A DNA stretch of 64,000 nucleotides from an uncultured Flavobacteriales bacterium. GTDB lineage: Bacteria > Bacteroidota > Bacteroidia > AKYH767-A > 2013-40CM-41-45. Positions within the stretch are counted from its first letter, which is position 1. Each line of letters begins with the position of its first letter. A program made the translations under genes and the position numbers. Location of the stretch: contig CAZQOQ010000036.1 in NCBI GenBank assembly GCA_964595205.1, forward strand, positions 242,553 to 306,552, read 5' to 3'. Of this stretch, positions 54,693 to 64,000 are shown one piece after another. The notes under the pieces are model-generated. The model had not been told where the DNA came from and made no database searches. It worked only from the letters and a program-made list of their open reading frames with translations.

Positions 54693-55772
54693 ATGACTCA
54701 ACTTTCAAACAATAGTACATCGCCTTATAATTTTGAAAAAATAGTAGATATTATTATCAAGCTGGGAGTTCTTTTCCTGCTCGTAGGCTGGTGTCTGGAC
54801 ATTTTAAATCCTTTCATATTAATATTGATCTGGGGTTCTGTTATTGCTATTGCAATTTATCCCCTTCAAATGACTATTTCGCGAATGATAGGAGGACGTA
54901 AAACACTCGCAGCTATAATTCTTACAATAATAATGATTAGTGTCCTTTTGATTCCGGGAATAATTGTTACTGAATCTTTATTCGAAGGTGTCAGAAAAGT
55001 TAAAGACCTGTATGCTGAAGGTAAACTGGTTGTGCCCGCACCCGGCGAACGCGTTGCAAACTGGCCATCCTTTGCCAAGCCTCTTGCAGATTTCTGGCAG
55101 CTTGCTTCTGATAACCTGGAGGCTGCTGCCCTGAAATATTCTGATCAGCTTAAGACCACAGGCGCCTGGGTTTTATCTTCTCTTGCCGGTATCGGTAAAG
55201 GATTATTGCAATTTGTTGTTTCAATTATTATTGCATGTGTGATGCTGATTTATTCCGGCGAGTTATCGGGCGGCGCTAAAAAAATATTTAATAACCTTGC
55301 AGGTGAGGGTGGAGATAAATACTCTTCGATAATCGTGGGAACCATCCGGAACGTCGTTAAAGGAATTCTCGGTGTTGCAATCATACAGGCGGCCATGGCA
55401 GGACTTGGATTTTTCATTGCGGGAGTGCCGTTTGCAGGTATCTGGACAGTTATCTGCCTCATCCTTGCTATCGTCCAGGTCGGTGTCGGACCCATTGCAA
55501 TACCCATTGCGATTTATATGTTTTCTGTAAGCGATACTCTCACGGCTGTACTGCTTGCTATCTGGCTGGCGATTACACTCGTTTCTGATAATGTATTGAA
55601 ACCAATCTTACTTGGCCGCGGCGCGCCTGCTCCCATGCTTGTCATTTTTATGGGAGCAATCGGTGGATTTATTTCAAATGGATTTCTGGGACTATTTCTT
55701 GGTGCTGTTATTCTCACTATCGGTTATAAACTTACAATAACTTGGATGAATAAAGATGCTGTTGTTAATTGA
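54693..55772 (+). CDS. AI-2E family transporter (UPF0118/PerM-like)
   Basis: ATG at 54693 (the ORF-track start at 54672 is a TTG). About 8 TM helices with conserved G-rich C-terminal helices (GLFLGAVIL). Confidence 0.6.
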   Translation: MTQLSNNSTSPYNFEKIVDIIIKLGVLFLLVGWCLDILNPFILILIWGSVIAIAIYPLQMTISRMIGGRKTLAAIILTIIMISVLLIPGIIVTESLFEGVRKVKDLYAEGKLVVPAPGERVANWPSFAKPLADFWQLASDNLEAAALKYSDQLKTTGAWVLSSLAGIGKGLLQFVVSIIIACVMLIYSGELSGGAKKIFNNLAGEGGDKYSSIIVGTIRNVVKGILGVAIIQAAMAGLGFFIAGVPFAGIWTVICLILAIVQVGVGPIAIPIAIYMFSVSDTLTAVLLAIWLAITLVSDNVLKPILLGRGAPAPMLVIFMGAIGGFISNGFLGLFLGAVILTIGYKLTITWMNKDAVVN

Positions 55773-55813
55773 TGAATTATTATTTATAATTACTATTACA
55801 TTAAAATAATATC

Positions 55814-56893
55814 ATGAAAAAAATTCTTAAGCCGGGAATTCATTGGCTGTTGATATTTATACCTGTTTCCCTGGTGTTGGAATATTCACATGCGTCTGCA
55901 CCGCTTATCTTTTTTTCCGCGGCCCTTTCAATTATTCCCATTGCCCGACTAATCGGAACTTCAACGGAACAACTGGCAAACTATACAGGAGAAGCTGTCG
56001 GTGGATTGTTAAATGCAACTTTCGGCAATGCCCCGGAATTGATCATCAGCATCATTGCGCTCAAAGCCGGATTGTACGATATCGTTCTGGCCTCGCTCGC
56101 CGGTGCAATTCTTGCGAATTTGTTACTTGCAATGGGGATTTCATTTCTGGTTGGAGGAATTAAATGGAATATACAGGAATATAATCTGTCCGGTATTCGC
56201 GTATACAGTTCGATGATGATGATTGCAGTAATCAGCCTGATGGTGCCGAGTGCGTTCAATCGTTTTCTTGGAGATGGCCCTTCGGGAAACGAGGACATGC
56301 TGAATATCTCGGTGGCAATCGTATTGCTGGTTACTTATATATTATACCTTGTGTTCATGTTAAAGTCACACCCTGAATTTTTCAGGAGTGAGAAAGGGAA
56401 GGCGGAAACCCATGATGATGAAAAGCGTTGGTCGCTAAAGGCTGCTCTGATATCTCTGGTAATTGCTTCAGTCGTTGCGGCCTTCATGAGTGAAGTACTT
56501 GTTGGTGCCGCAGAGGAAACAGGCAAGGTGCTGGGAATGTCGAGTGTTTTTATCGGCGTCATTTTTCTCGCAGTGATCGGCGGTGCTGCAGAAAGTATCT
56601 CCGCGATAACCATGGCGGCAAAAAATAAGATGGATCTGAGTATCGGAATCGCATTGGGCAGCTCCATACAGATTGCAATTTTTGTCGCGCCGCTTTTAGT
56701 GCTTCTGAGTTTATTTGTCGGCCCGCATCAGCTTAACCTGACATTCTCCCGTGCATTAATCGGAACATTGTTTCTCGCAGTTTTACTCGGAGCATTAATT
56801 GCCGGCGATGGAAGATCAAACTGGTACAAGGGTGTTCAATTGATCATGGTTTACCTGATCATGGCATTAATGTTTTTCTTTATCCCTTCTTAA
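55814..56893 (+). CDS. Ca2+/H+ antiporter (CaCA family, ChaA/Cax-type)
   Basis: Duplicated alpha-repeat motifs LLNATFGNAPELIISIIALKAG and IFLAVIGGAAESISAI. Confidence 0.8.
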   Translation: MKKILKPGIHWLLIFIPVSLVLEYSHASAPLIFFSAALSIIPIARLIGTSTEQLANYTGEAVGGLLNATFGNAPELIISIIALKAGLYDIVLASLAGAILANLLLAMGISFLVGGIKWNIQEYNLSGIRVYSSMMMIAVISLMVPSAFNRFLGDGPSGNEDMLNISVAIVLLVTYILYLVFMLKSHPEFFRSEKGKAETHDDEKRWSLKAALISLVIASVVAAFMSEVLVGAAEETGKVLGMSSVFIGVIFLAVIGGAAESISAITMAAKNKMDLSIGIALGSSIQIAIFVAPLLVLLSLFVGPHQLNLTFSRALIGTLFLAVLLGALIAGDGRSNWYKGVQLIMVYLIMALMFFFIPS

Positions 56894-56895
56894 CT

Positions 56896-57570
56896 TTGGA
56901 AAATCAGAATTTTTGGAACCGGAAGATAAAAGAAAGCGCCGTTCTGAATCGCGTCGACAGAACCTCGGAAATCCTATTCGGTCTGATCATGGTGCTCACA
57001 TTTACCGGTGCAATCAGTGCCGCTACATCTGGCAAAGAGGAAGTTAAAGAATTATTGTGGGGCGCACTCGGATGCAACCTTGCCTGGGGATTCGTGGATG
57101 CAATCATGTACCTGATAAGCACATCGATTGAGCGTGGACACGGATTTTCTGTAATCCGCCGCATTGAAAAATCAGATCATAAAAGCGACATTCGCCAAAT
57201 ACTGGAGGAAGAAATTCAACCAGTGGTTTATTCTCTCATGAAAGAAGAAGAAATCGATGAACTCGGTCGTCGAATTAAGCAACTTCCCACTCCTGAAAAT
57301 AAATTTATTTTGACCTGGAGCGACTGGAAATCGGCGTTTCTGATTTTCCTGCTTGTTTTCTTTTGCATCGTTCCCGTTGCAATACCTTTTGCACTTTTTA
57401 ACGAAGTCGAATTGGCCAAACGTGCTTCTAACGGTGTTGCTCTTGTTTTATTATTTGTTGCCGGGTATAAACTCGCAGGTTATGCCGGATTCAAAAAGAT
57501 TCCAACCGCCTTTTTATATACCGGCATCGGAGTTTTTCTTGTCCTGCTTACAATGGCTCTTGGCGGATGA
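56896..57570 (+). CDS. VIT1/CCC1-family (Fe/Mn) transporter-like membrane protein
   Basis: 224 aa. An N-terminal cytosolic helical region is followed by TM helices. The start lies 3 nt after the cax stop. Confidence 0.45.
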   Translation: MENQNFWNRKIKESAVLNRVDRTSEILFGLIMVLTFTGAISAATSGKEEVKELLWGALGCNLAWGFVDAIMYLISTSIERGHGFSVIRRIEKSDHKSDIRQILEEEIQPVVYSLMKEEEIDELGRRIKQLPTPENKFILTWSDWKSAFLIFLLVFFCIVPVAIPFALFNEVELAKRASNGVALVLLFVAGYKLAGYAGFKKIPTAFLYTGIGVFLVLLTMALGG

Positions 57571-58181
57571 AAAAAAACATTTTTCTTTTTTTAATATTTC
57601 TTTTAAATGTTTCACCGGCTTCGGGCCAGGAAGAAAAAGAGGTTAAATGGGATTTCGGTGCTGACCTCAATTTCTATTTTCTCACGGATGATTTTTTCAT
57701 GCTCCCCGTTTTACGGGCAGATAATAACAAAGTGCATCTTGAGACCCGTTATAATTATGAAGACATGCAGACATTTTCAGCGTGGATTGGCTACAATATA
57801 TCAGGTGGAAATAATTTAGAGTATCTGATTACTCCAATGATCGGTGGCGTAACTGGAAATACAGATGGAATAGCGCCCGGACTCGAATTGACTTTAGGCT
57901 ATAAAAAATTTGAACTTTACAGCGAAAGCGAACATTTATTCGATTTGGAAGACAAGGAAAATAATTTTTATTATAACTGGTCGGATCTTACCTATTCTCC
58001 AAAGGAAAACTGGTGGTTTGGATTAAGCGGTCAGAGAACGAGGCTGTATCAAACTGATTTGGAAATTCAACGCGGCCTACTTCTGGGGGGAAGCGTTAAG
58101 AAATTTGAAATGACTTGTTATCTCTATAACTTGTTTTTTGATGACCCCTTTTTTTTACTTGCTGTTTCAATGAATTTTTAA
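57567..58181 (+). CDS. Small outer-membrane beta-barrel hypothetical protein
   Basis: 204 aa with a signal peptide. It overlaps the upstream gene by 4 nt. Confidence 0.4.
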   Translation: MKKNIFLFLIFLLNVSPASGQEEKEVKWDFGADLNFYFLTDDFFMLPVLRADNNKVHLETRYNYEDMQTFSAWIGYNISGGNNLEYLITPMIGGVTGNTDGIAPGLELTLGYKKFELYSESEHLFDLEDKENNFYYNWSDLTYSPKENWWFGLSGQRTRLYQTDLEIQRGLLLGGSVKKFEMTCYLYNLFFDDPFFLLAVSMNF

Positions 58182-58202
58182 TTGATCAATTGAATCCGTT
58201 TT

Positions 58203-59894
58203 TTATTTAGGATTTCCATCCGTTGCCAAAGGAGTCTCCCATTGTCCTTTCGGTACAACCTTTGGAGTCTCAGGATCATTTTCATAAGCAGGTGTCATGA
58301 TTTGTACGTTGTTTTCATTGAAAACATCCAGAATGTTTTGAATCAATACATTTTTATAATCCTGCATTTTACTTACTTCATGGCAGTAGGCATTAATCTC
58401 GTATTTGACGGCGAAATCGTCCAGAGAATGTTTAAGTATATATGGCGGTGGTTGCTTGGCTAAACCTTCTGTACGATCAGCTGCTTCTTTCAGCATGGAA
58501 TCCACAAGCCGCCAGGGAGTTTCATACCCGATCCCCACGGTAATATGAATGATCACACCTTGCTCTTTTGCCCGGGTGTTATAGTTAATGATGTTACTGT
58601 TCAGCAAAATGGAATTCGGAATTATTATTTCTTCATTCTTAAAAGACCGCAGACGAGTAACTAATAATTTTTGCTCTTCCACAAATCCTATAAAATTATC
58701 AACTTTTATCCTGTCGCCTTTCTTAAACGCTCCTCTGTATGTCATGGAATACCCAGCTATCAGGTTTCCGATAAATGAGGACGAACCTAAAGAAAATAAT
58801 ACACCGATAAATACTGTCACTCCTTTGAATGCACTTGTTTCTGATCCGGGTATGTATGGATACGCAACTATTATTGCAAAAGCGACAATAAACATGCGTA
58901 AAATTCTATAAGTAGGCATTGCCCACTCCGGATCAAAATTATTGAGAGAAATACCCCCGTGACTAATACCGGTGAAAAGTAATTTCGTAAGTTTCAGAAA
59001 ATACCTTGTTATCAAAAAAATGACGACAAGGAAGGCGAGACTGGGCAGAAAATTTATAAATCCCTTCCAGATGGATAAAAAAGGATTTATAAATAAATCC
59101 AGCAGGTAGACTGCCGCGCTGTTTGTCCAGGGAAATAATGTAAGTATGTAATTTACAAAAAACGCAATAGTAAAGACTACAACAATAACTCTTATTACGT
59201 TAAAGAAAACATTAAAAGCCTTCCACAACTGGTTTGATTTTATCAGTTTGAAAGTCTTGGTCTCCATCGTATCGATCTTCGTTTTAATACGGGCCTGCAG
59301 CATCCGGTTGGATTTTCTTATCAGCCATAGCAATACAATAAGAACTAGTACCAACAAAGCTGTTGCCGCTAATGCACGCCATACATGATTCAAAATTACA
59401 GCCCTGCTTCTATCATGCCTGTAGGTAACAATGGTGTTAGTGATTTTTTGTTTTATTATCTGGGCAAGAATACTGCGGCCGACACCTTCTGTTTCAGCAT
59501 CAGCATCGTAAACACTCATGATAAATTCTTTACCTGCAAATATTCGCAATGCATTATCTGTAGGGATTATTTTTACAGAATCCGGGACTATGGATTGATC
59601 GGCAGCGGCCTTTTGAATTCTTTTGCTTATTGTTGATGCACGGACTTCTGCCGGAAATGCTGAGACACCCCTGACAAAAAACAATGTCATTCCATCAACT
59701 TTTACAGGAGCCAGATTTTGTTTCGATTCACTTATGTCTATATCAGCCTCACTGTTTTCCTGAGCTGTTGAAAATCTGCCGGCAAGAATAAAAATAAGGA
59801 ACAGAATGGTTAAAAATTTCAAACCTGGATTTATTCTATTTGCAGGAAAACATATAACATCTCTCATCTGATTTTGAATTAATATTAAAATCAA
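58203..59894 (-). CDS. Mechanosensitive ion channel (MscS family) with large N-terminal periplasmic domain
   Basis: The C-terminal MscS core is GDRIKVDNFIGFVEEQKLLVTRLRSFKNEEIIIPNS. There are several TM helices. Confidence 0.75.
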   Translation of the reverse strand: MILILIQNQMRDVICFPANRINPGLKFLTILFLIFILAGRFSTAQENSEADIDISESKQNLAPVKVDGMTLFFVRGVSAFPAEVRASTISKRIQKAAADQSIVPDSVKIIPTDNALRIFAGKEFIMSVYDADAETEGVGRSILAQIIKQKITNTIVTYRHDRSRAVILNHVWRALAATALLVLVLIVLLWLIRKSNRMLQARIKTKIDTMETKTFKLIKSNQLWKAFNVFFNVIRVIVVVFTIAFFVNYILTLFPWTNSAAVYLLDLFINPFLSIWKGFINFLPSLAFLVVIFLITRYFLKLTKLLFTGISHGGISLNNFDPEWAMPTYRILRMFIVAFAIIVAYPYIPGSETSAFKGVTVFIGVLFSLGSSSFIGNLIAGYSMTYRGAFKKGDRIKVDNFIGFVEEQKLLVTRLRSFKNEEIIIPNSILLNSNIINYNTRAKEQGVIIHITVGIGYETPWRLVDSMLKEAADRTEGLAKQPPPYILKHSLDDFAVKYEINAYCHEVSKMQDYKNVLIQNILDVFNENNVQIMTPAYENDPETPKVVPKGQWETPLATDGNPK

Positions 59895-59970
59895 ATATAA
59901 AAAAGATAGTTATGATTAAGCCCGATTTAGTGCAATTCGAGAAATGATTTTAATCATAAATGGATATTTG

Positions 59971-60768
59971 TCATTTGAACATGTATCGTAATTCTATGAT
60001 TTTATCATTTGGTATGTCCATGCTTATAAACCCGCTGCGGGGACGATCTAAATCAATAATATTGAAAACTGTAATCGAGAGCATTGTCGCCAGGCCAATT
60101 ACGAGTATCCTGTCAATTTTATTTTGATTATTATCATAGCCGAGCAGAAATGAGGAACAGAAGCAAAGCCCGAAAAGGAAATACATGATTGAATCAGGCA
60201 CAGTCGATTCTCCGGCCGATCTCCTGGTAGTCGTAATATCAATCATATCGTTTAGAGCGGGGATCATCTGGTTTGAGCGTAACATGACATTATTCAATTT
60301 AGCATCAGTTGTAACGATATTCCATAATATTTTACCTAAACTGTCTGCCTTTAGAAAAAAGCCAACTGTTTTGTCGTAATCTATCCCGGCCTGATAAAAG
60401 CTAATACGCGCTTCAACATATTCCCGGAAATTATCGCGAAGCAACTGGCGAATGCTATCCGGATAAAGGTCAGCTCTCAAAATGGCTGTACCTATATCAT
60501 TTGCTTCTTCTATTACAAGTTCCCTCCGTTTGTCATATCGTGTACTGGACATGCTGAATGTAAAAGCCAATAATAATCCCAGTAAGCCAAGAAGTGTTCC
60601 GTTTATTGTTCCGAGATCAACCTTTGACAAATCAGGATCTTTCTTTATGAGGTTGGTTTTTAAGCGGTGACCAGCCAGGTAAGAAAATATTATTAAAACA
60701 AAAACTATTAGCGCTACAAGAATAGTTGAGGCTGATTGGAGTAGAGTAAGTTTTAGCATGTTGTACAA
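59971..60768 (-). CDS. Hypothetical membrane protein (DUF4239-like)
   Basis: 265 aa with TM helices at both ends. Confidence 0.35.
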   Translation of the reverse strand: MYNMLKLTLLQSASTILVALIVFVLIIFSYLAGHRLKTNLIKKDPDLSKVDLGTINGTLLGLLGLLLAFTFSMSSTRYDKRRELVIEEANDIGTAILRADLYPDSIRQLLRDNFREYVEARISFYQAGIDYDKTVGFFLKADSLGKILWNIVTTDAKLNNVMLRSNQMIPALNDMIDITTTRRSAGESTVPDSIMYFLFGLCFCSSFLLGYDNNQNKIDRILVIGLATMLSITVFNIIDLDRPRSGFISMDIPNDKIIELRYMFK

Positions 60769-60874
60769 ATATTTTATAAATTGTCAAATATACAGGATTG
60801 AACATGATTCCGAATATGATTATCAATCTGGTATTTTTCTTTGTTTGGTTAAATTGATATGAATTGTTTATATA

Positions 60875-61585
60875 TTGGCTCTTAACTTTTTTGATTTCTA
60901 TATGTTGACTTCAGGAATATTAAAAAAAATAAGTGATAGTCTTTACCTGCACCGATTTTATTTCCTGCTCGCAGGTCTTTTGGTTAATTTCTTTATTCCT
61001 CCCCTGGTCTATTTACCTTTAATACAAGTTTTCTTTAAAATATTTACGACAGTTATTCTATTGATGTCGGGGGCCAATTTTATTCAAAAGGGGAAAACAC
61101 ATCTGCGTAATTTATGGTTTGTATTCGGATTTATTAATATCGTTGTAGCTGTTTTCTCGGAATTGAATCCTGAGAACGTGATATTATCTGTAACAAGATT
61201 CCTGCTTTTATTTGCATTTTTTTTTGTAATTACTGTTAGCCTTCTCCAGCAAATATTTTCCATTAAGAATGTCACGCATGATGTTATCATAGGGTCGTTT
61301 TGCGGCTACCTTCTGATCGGCATATTCAGCTTCTTCACCTTTTCGTTAATAAATTATGCCGATTCAGATGCTTTTTCAGGGCTGAGCACAGAACCAACGC
61401 AGAGATTAGCCCAAATTTTTTACTTTACATTTACCTGCCTGACCACACTTGGCTTTGGAGATATTTTGCCGGTTAATTTATTTGCCCAGAAATTGTCTGT
61501 CTTAACTGCCTCTGTCGGTCAGTTTTACATTGCAGTGATAGTGGCTATTTTGGTCAGCCGTTTTATGAATCAGCGTAATAATTAA
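60875..61585 (+). CDS. Two-TM-type potassium channel (ion_trans_2)
   Basis: Selectivity filter TTLGFGDILP between hydrophobic helices. Confidence 0.7.
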   Translation: MALNFFDFYMLTSGILKKISDSLYLHRFYFLLAGLLVNFFIPPLVYLPLIQVFFKIFTTVILLMSGANFIQKGKTHLRNLWFVFGFINIVVAVFSELNPENVILSVTRFLLLFAFFFVITVSLLQQIFSIKNVTHDVIIGSFCGYLLIGIFSFFTFSLINYADSDAFSGLSTEPTQRLAQIFYFTFTCLTTLGFGDILPVNLFAQKLSVLTASVGQFYIAVIVAILVSRFMNQRNN

Positions 61586-61721
61586 TGAAAATAAATTTGG
61601 TATTAGGAATTTTTGTATGATATTCGTCATGTTCCGGGGTGACGGTTTACCTGAACCAGATATAATTATCTCAATAAATTTAATTTTGTAAATTCCCTGA
61701 CCTTTCAAAACAAATAAAAAT

Positions 61722-62879
61722 ATGTTTTTAAAATATATTCCTTTTTCATTCCTCGCCATCATTCTAATTTTAAACGGCGGATGTAAAAACAAGGAAGCGC
61801 CCAGGGAGCTTGTTTTAGATGTACCCATTGTTAAGGTCTTTCAGGAAGATGTTCCGTTGGTTTCTGAATTCACCGGGCAGACTTATGGTGAATCGGATAT
61901 TCAGATTGCCCCACGTGTAAAGGGTCTCATCGAGAGCATTGAATTTAAAGAAGGTTCGTTTGTTAAAAAAGGGCAATTACTCTATACAATAGAGCCACTC
62001 ACATACCGCAACAACGTAAGCGTCGCACAGGCAAATTTGTCAGAGGCAAAATCAGTACTTTCTGCAGCTAAAACCGACTATGAACGAATCGACCTCCTCG
62101 CCAACATGAATGCGGTAAGCAAAAGGGAACTCGACGGCGCCAAAGCCAGATATGAATCTTCTCTCGAAAAAGTGGCATCCACAGAAGCACAATTAAGAAA
62201 TGCCCAAATTGATCTGGGATATTGCAGCATCACTTCTCCTATCGACGGAATAATAGGAATAACAAAAGCTCAGGTTGGAGATTATGTAAGTCCGGGACCT
62301 TTTACAAATATCAATACGGTTTCTTCCACTTCAAATATCCGCGTAAGGTTTACCTTAAGCGAACAGGAATTTTTAAGACTGTATCGTGAAAGCAGGAAGG
62401 AAAATTCATCATTACAAGGCGGCAAAGACATTCAACTTATTTTATCGGATGGTTCTGAATATGAACAGAAAGGCGAATTTCGTTTTGCCGACCGCCAGGT
62501 CGATCCGTCTACCGGCGCAATTACACTCGAAGCACTATTTCCCAATCCCGATCAGTTGCTTCGCCCCGGGCAGTTTGTAAAAGTTCGTGTAGCAGCAGAA
62601 ATGCGAAAGAGTGCATTAGTAATCCCTCAACGATCAGTCATCGAGATGCAGGGAATTTTCCAGGTCTATCTTTTGGGCAGCGACAATAAGGTGAATATGA
62701 AAATAATTCAGGTTGGTCCTTCTTTTAAAGATGCCTACATAGTTGAAGACGGATTGAAGGAAGGTGATAAAATTGCAATGGGCGGAACCCAGTTATTACG
62801 TAACGGAAGCACCATTACTCCCAAATTAACGGAATGGCAACCCGGTATGCCAGTTGCGCAAACAAGCCAGTCTAAATAA
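61722..62879 (+). CDS. RND efflux periplasmic adaptor (membrane fusion protein, HlyD/AcrA family)
   Basis: Lipoprotein start (NGGC). Coiled-coil hairpin and beta-barrel motifs (ITSPIDGIIG). Confidence 0.8.
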   Translation: MFLKYIPFSFLAIILILNGGCKNKEAPRELVLDVPIVKVFQEDVPLVSEFTGQTYGESDIQIAPRVKGLIESIEFKEGSFVKKGQLLYTIEPLTYRNNVSVAQANLSEAKSVLSAAKTDYERIDLLANMNAVSKRELDGAKARYESSLEKVASTEAQLRNAQIDLGYCSITSPIDGIIGITKAQVGDYVSPGPFTNINTVSSTSNIRVRFTLSEQEFLRLYRESRKENSSLQGGKDIQLILSDGSEYEQKGEFRFADRQVDPSTGAITLEALFPNPDQLLRPGQFVKVRVAAEMRKSALVIPQRSVIEMQGIFQVYLLGSDNKVNMKIIQVGPSFKDAYIVEDGLKEGDKIAMGGTQLLRNGSTITPKLTEWQPGMPVAQTSQSK

Positions 62880-62897
62880 TCTCAGAAAAAATTTTAT

Positions 62898-64000
62898 ATG
62901 GGAGAATTTTTTGTACGAAGACCAATAGTTGCCATGGTGATAAGTATCATAATAGTGATACTGGGTCTCCTGGCACTAAAGAAAACACCGGTTGCGCAAT
63001 ACCCTGATATTAATCCGCCTGTCGTAAAAATCACAACCACATTTACTGGTGCAAATGCCCTCAACGTTGAACAGGCCGTAGCTACTCCAATCGAACAAAA
63101 AGTAAACGGCGTTGAGCAGATGCTCTACATCAAATCAATAAACACGTCTGACGGTGCACTCACCATCGAGGTGACTTTTGATGTAGGCACCAACCTCGAC
63201 AATGCAAACATGCTCACGCAGAACAGGCAGGCGCAGTCAGCCCCATTCATGCCGCCGAGCGTAAAACAACAGGGTGTCGTAGTTAAGAAATCGCTTTCTT
63301 TCCCGATGATGCTGTTCACCATCACGTCAACGAATCCAAAATACGACGCGAGATTTCTGAACAACTTTGCTAATATTAATATTGTGGATGCCCTTGCCCG
63401 TATCAGGGGAGTAGGTGAGGTTGCACTCTTTGGCGGCAGCGATTATGCCATGCGTATATGGTTGAAGCCGGGGATCATGAGTAAACTCGGAGTTACCGTT
63501 GAAGATGTAAAGAATGCGCTCAACGCTCAAAACATGATCAGCCCCGGAGGAAAATTTGGCGCAGAACCAGCACCGCCCGGTACGGAATTTACCTATGGCA
63601 TCACACTCCAGGACCGGTTAGTTACGGAAAAGCAATTCGGAAATATCGTCGTTCGCAGCAAGACCGACGGTTCGCGTGTTTTGCTAAGCGACATTGCGCG
63701 CGTCGAACTGGGAACTGAAAACTATAGTTCCACCGGCCGCAGAAACGGTTCTGCGAGTGCGGTTATCACATTGTTCCAGATGCCCGGCAGCAACGCCCTC
63801 GATGTAGCCGATGCAGCAAAGAAAGCGATGAAGGAGATGTCGTTAAAGTTTCCCAAAGACATCGAGTACCAGGAATCATTAGACACAACGCTTGCCATCA
63901 CTGCCGGTGTTGATGACATTGTTCATACACTTTTTGAAGCTGTCATACTCGTGATTTTAGTCGTATTTATATTTCTGCAAAATTGGCGCGCTACATTAAT
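62898..64000 (+). CDS. RND efflux permease (AcrB/HAE1 family), 5' portion only
   Basis: ATG at 62898 gives MGEFFVRRPIVAMVISIIIVILGLLAL, the canonical AcrB N-terminus. It follows the MFP gene. The ORF runs off the window, so it is absent from the ORF track. Confidence 0.85.
   Translation, partial: MGEFFVRRPIVAMVISIIIVILGLLALKKTPVAQYPDINPPVVKITTTFTGANALNVEQAVATPIEQKVNGVEQMLYIKSINTSDGALTIEVTFDVGTNLDNANMLTQNRQAQSAPFMPPSVKQQGVVVKKSLSFPMMLFTITSTNPKYDARFLNNFANINIVDALARIRGVGEVALFGGSDYAMRIWLKPGIMSKLGVTVEDVKNALNAQNMISPGGKFGAEPAPPGTEFTYGITLQDRLVTEKQFGNIVVRSKTDGSRVLLSDIARVELGTENYSSTGRRNGSASAVITLFQMPGSNALDVADAAKKAMKEMSLKFPKDIEYQESLDTTLAITAGVDDIVHTLFEAVILVILVVFIFLQNWRATL

Noticed and set aside
1-64000. 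CRISPR arrays, tRNA/rRNA genes, transposases, integrases or phage genes
   Set aside because: Intergenic regions are short (mostly under 300 bp) and AT-rich. They have no direct-repeat/spacer periodicity or cloverleaf-like GC-rich segments. No product resembles a DDE transposase, tyrosine recombinase or phage structural protein.

Overview
This 64 kb window comes from a Bacteroidota-type genome (about 40% GC) and is densely coded (about 50 CDS). There are no rRNA, tRNA, CRISPR or obvious mobile-element genes. The left 11 kb is a type IX secretion (T9SS) adhesin module on the minus strand. It comprises a 2,795-aa SprB-like giant protein with ~100-aa Ig/cadherin-like tandem repeats, three SprB repeats and a gliding-motility type-B C-terminal sorting domain. 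It is followed by a PorP/SprF gene and a TPR/beta-propeller/OmpA-domain gene, and is divergent from a secreted HExxH metalloprotease. The centre (15.9-27.0 kb) holds what I consider the most interesting system: a tightly packed 8-gene minus-strand operon encoding a Tat-exported 4x[4Fe-4S] protein plus a NrfD/PsrC-like membrane subunit. This is a NosGH/NrfCD-like quinol-dehydrogenase module with no catalytic molybdo- or Cu-subunit nearby. It sits with two c-type cytochromes, three lipoproteins and an outer-membrane beta-barrel. It is divergently paired with an octaheme cytochrome c carrying C-terminal TPR repeats and an adjacent 490-aa outer-membrane-type protein, giving a candidate periplasmic/outer-membrane electron-transfer conduit. 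The 38-49 kb block is a periplasmic Asn/Gln/Asp catabolic island. It contains a porin-ansB operon, NAD-malic enzyme, a DASS transporter, a porin, dcuA-aspA and a secreted glutaminase. The aspartase itself carries an apparent Sec signal peptide, which is unusual. The right end is an ion-homeostasis cluster (NRAMP-like, AI-2E, Ca2+/H+ exchanger, VIT-like, MscS, K+ channel) followed by an RND efflux adaptor and pump that runs off the window. A secreted protein with a Tyr/Pro-rich and RGG/Gly-rich low-complexity tail and several small outer-membrane beta-barrel genes of unknown function are also present. All calls rest on reading the translated ORFs and the DNA by eye; no searches were run.
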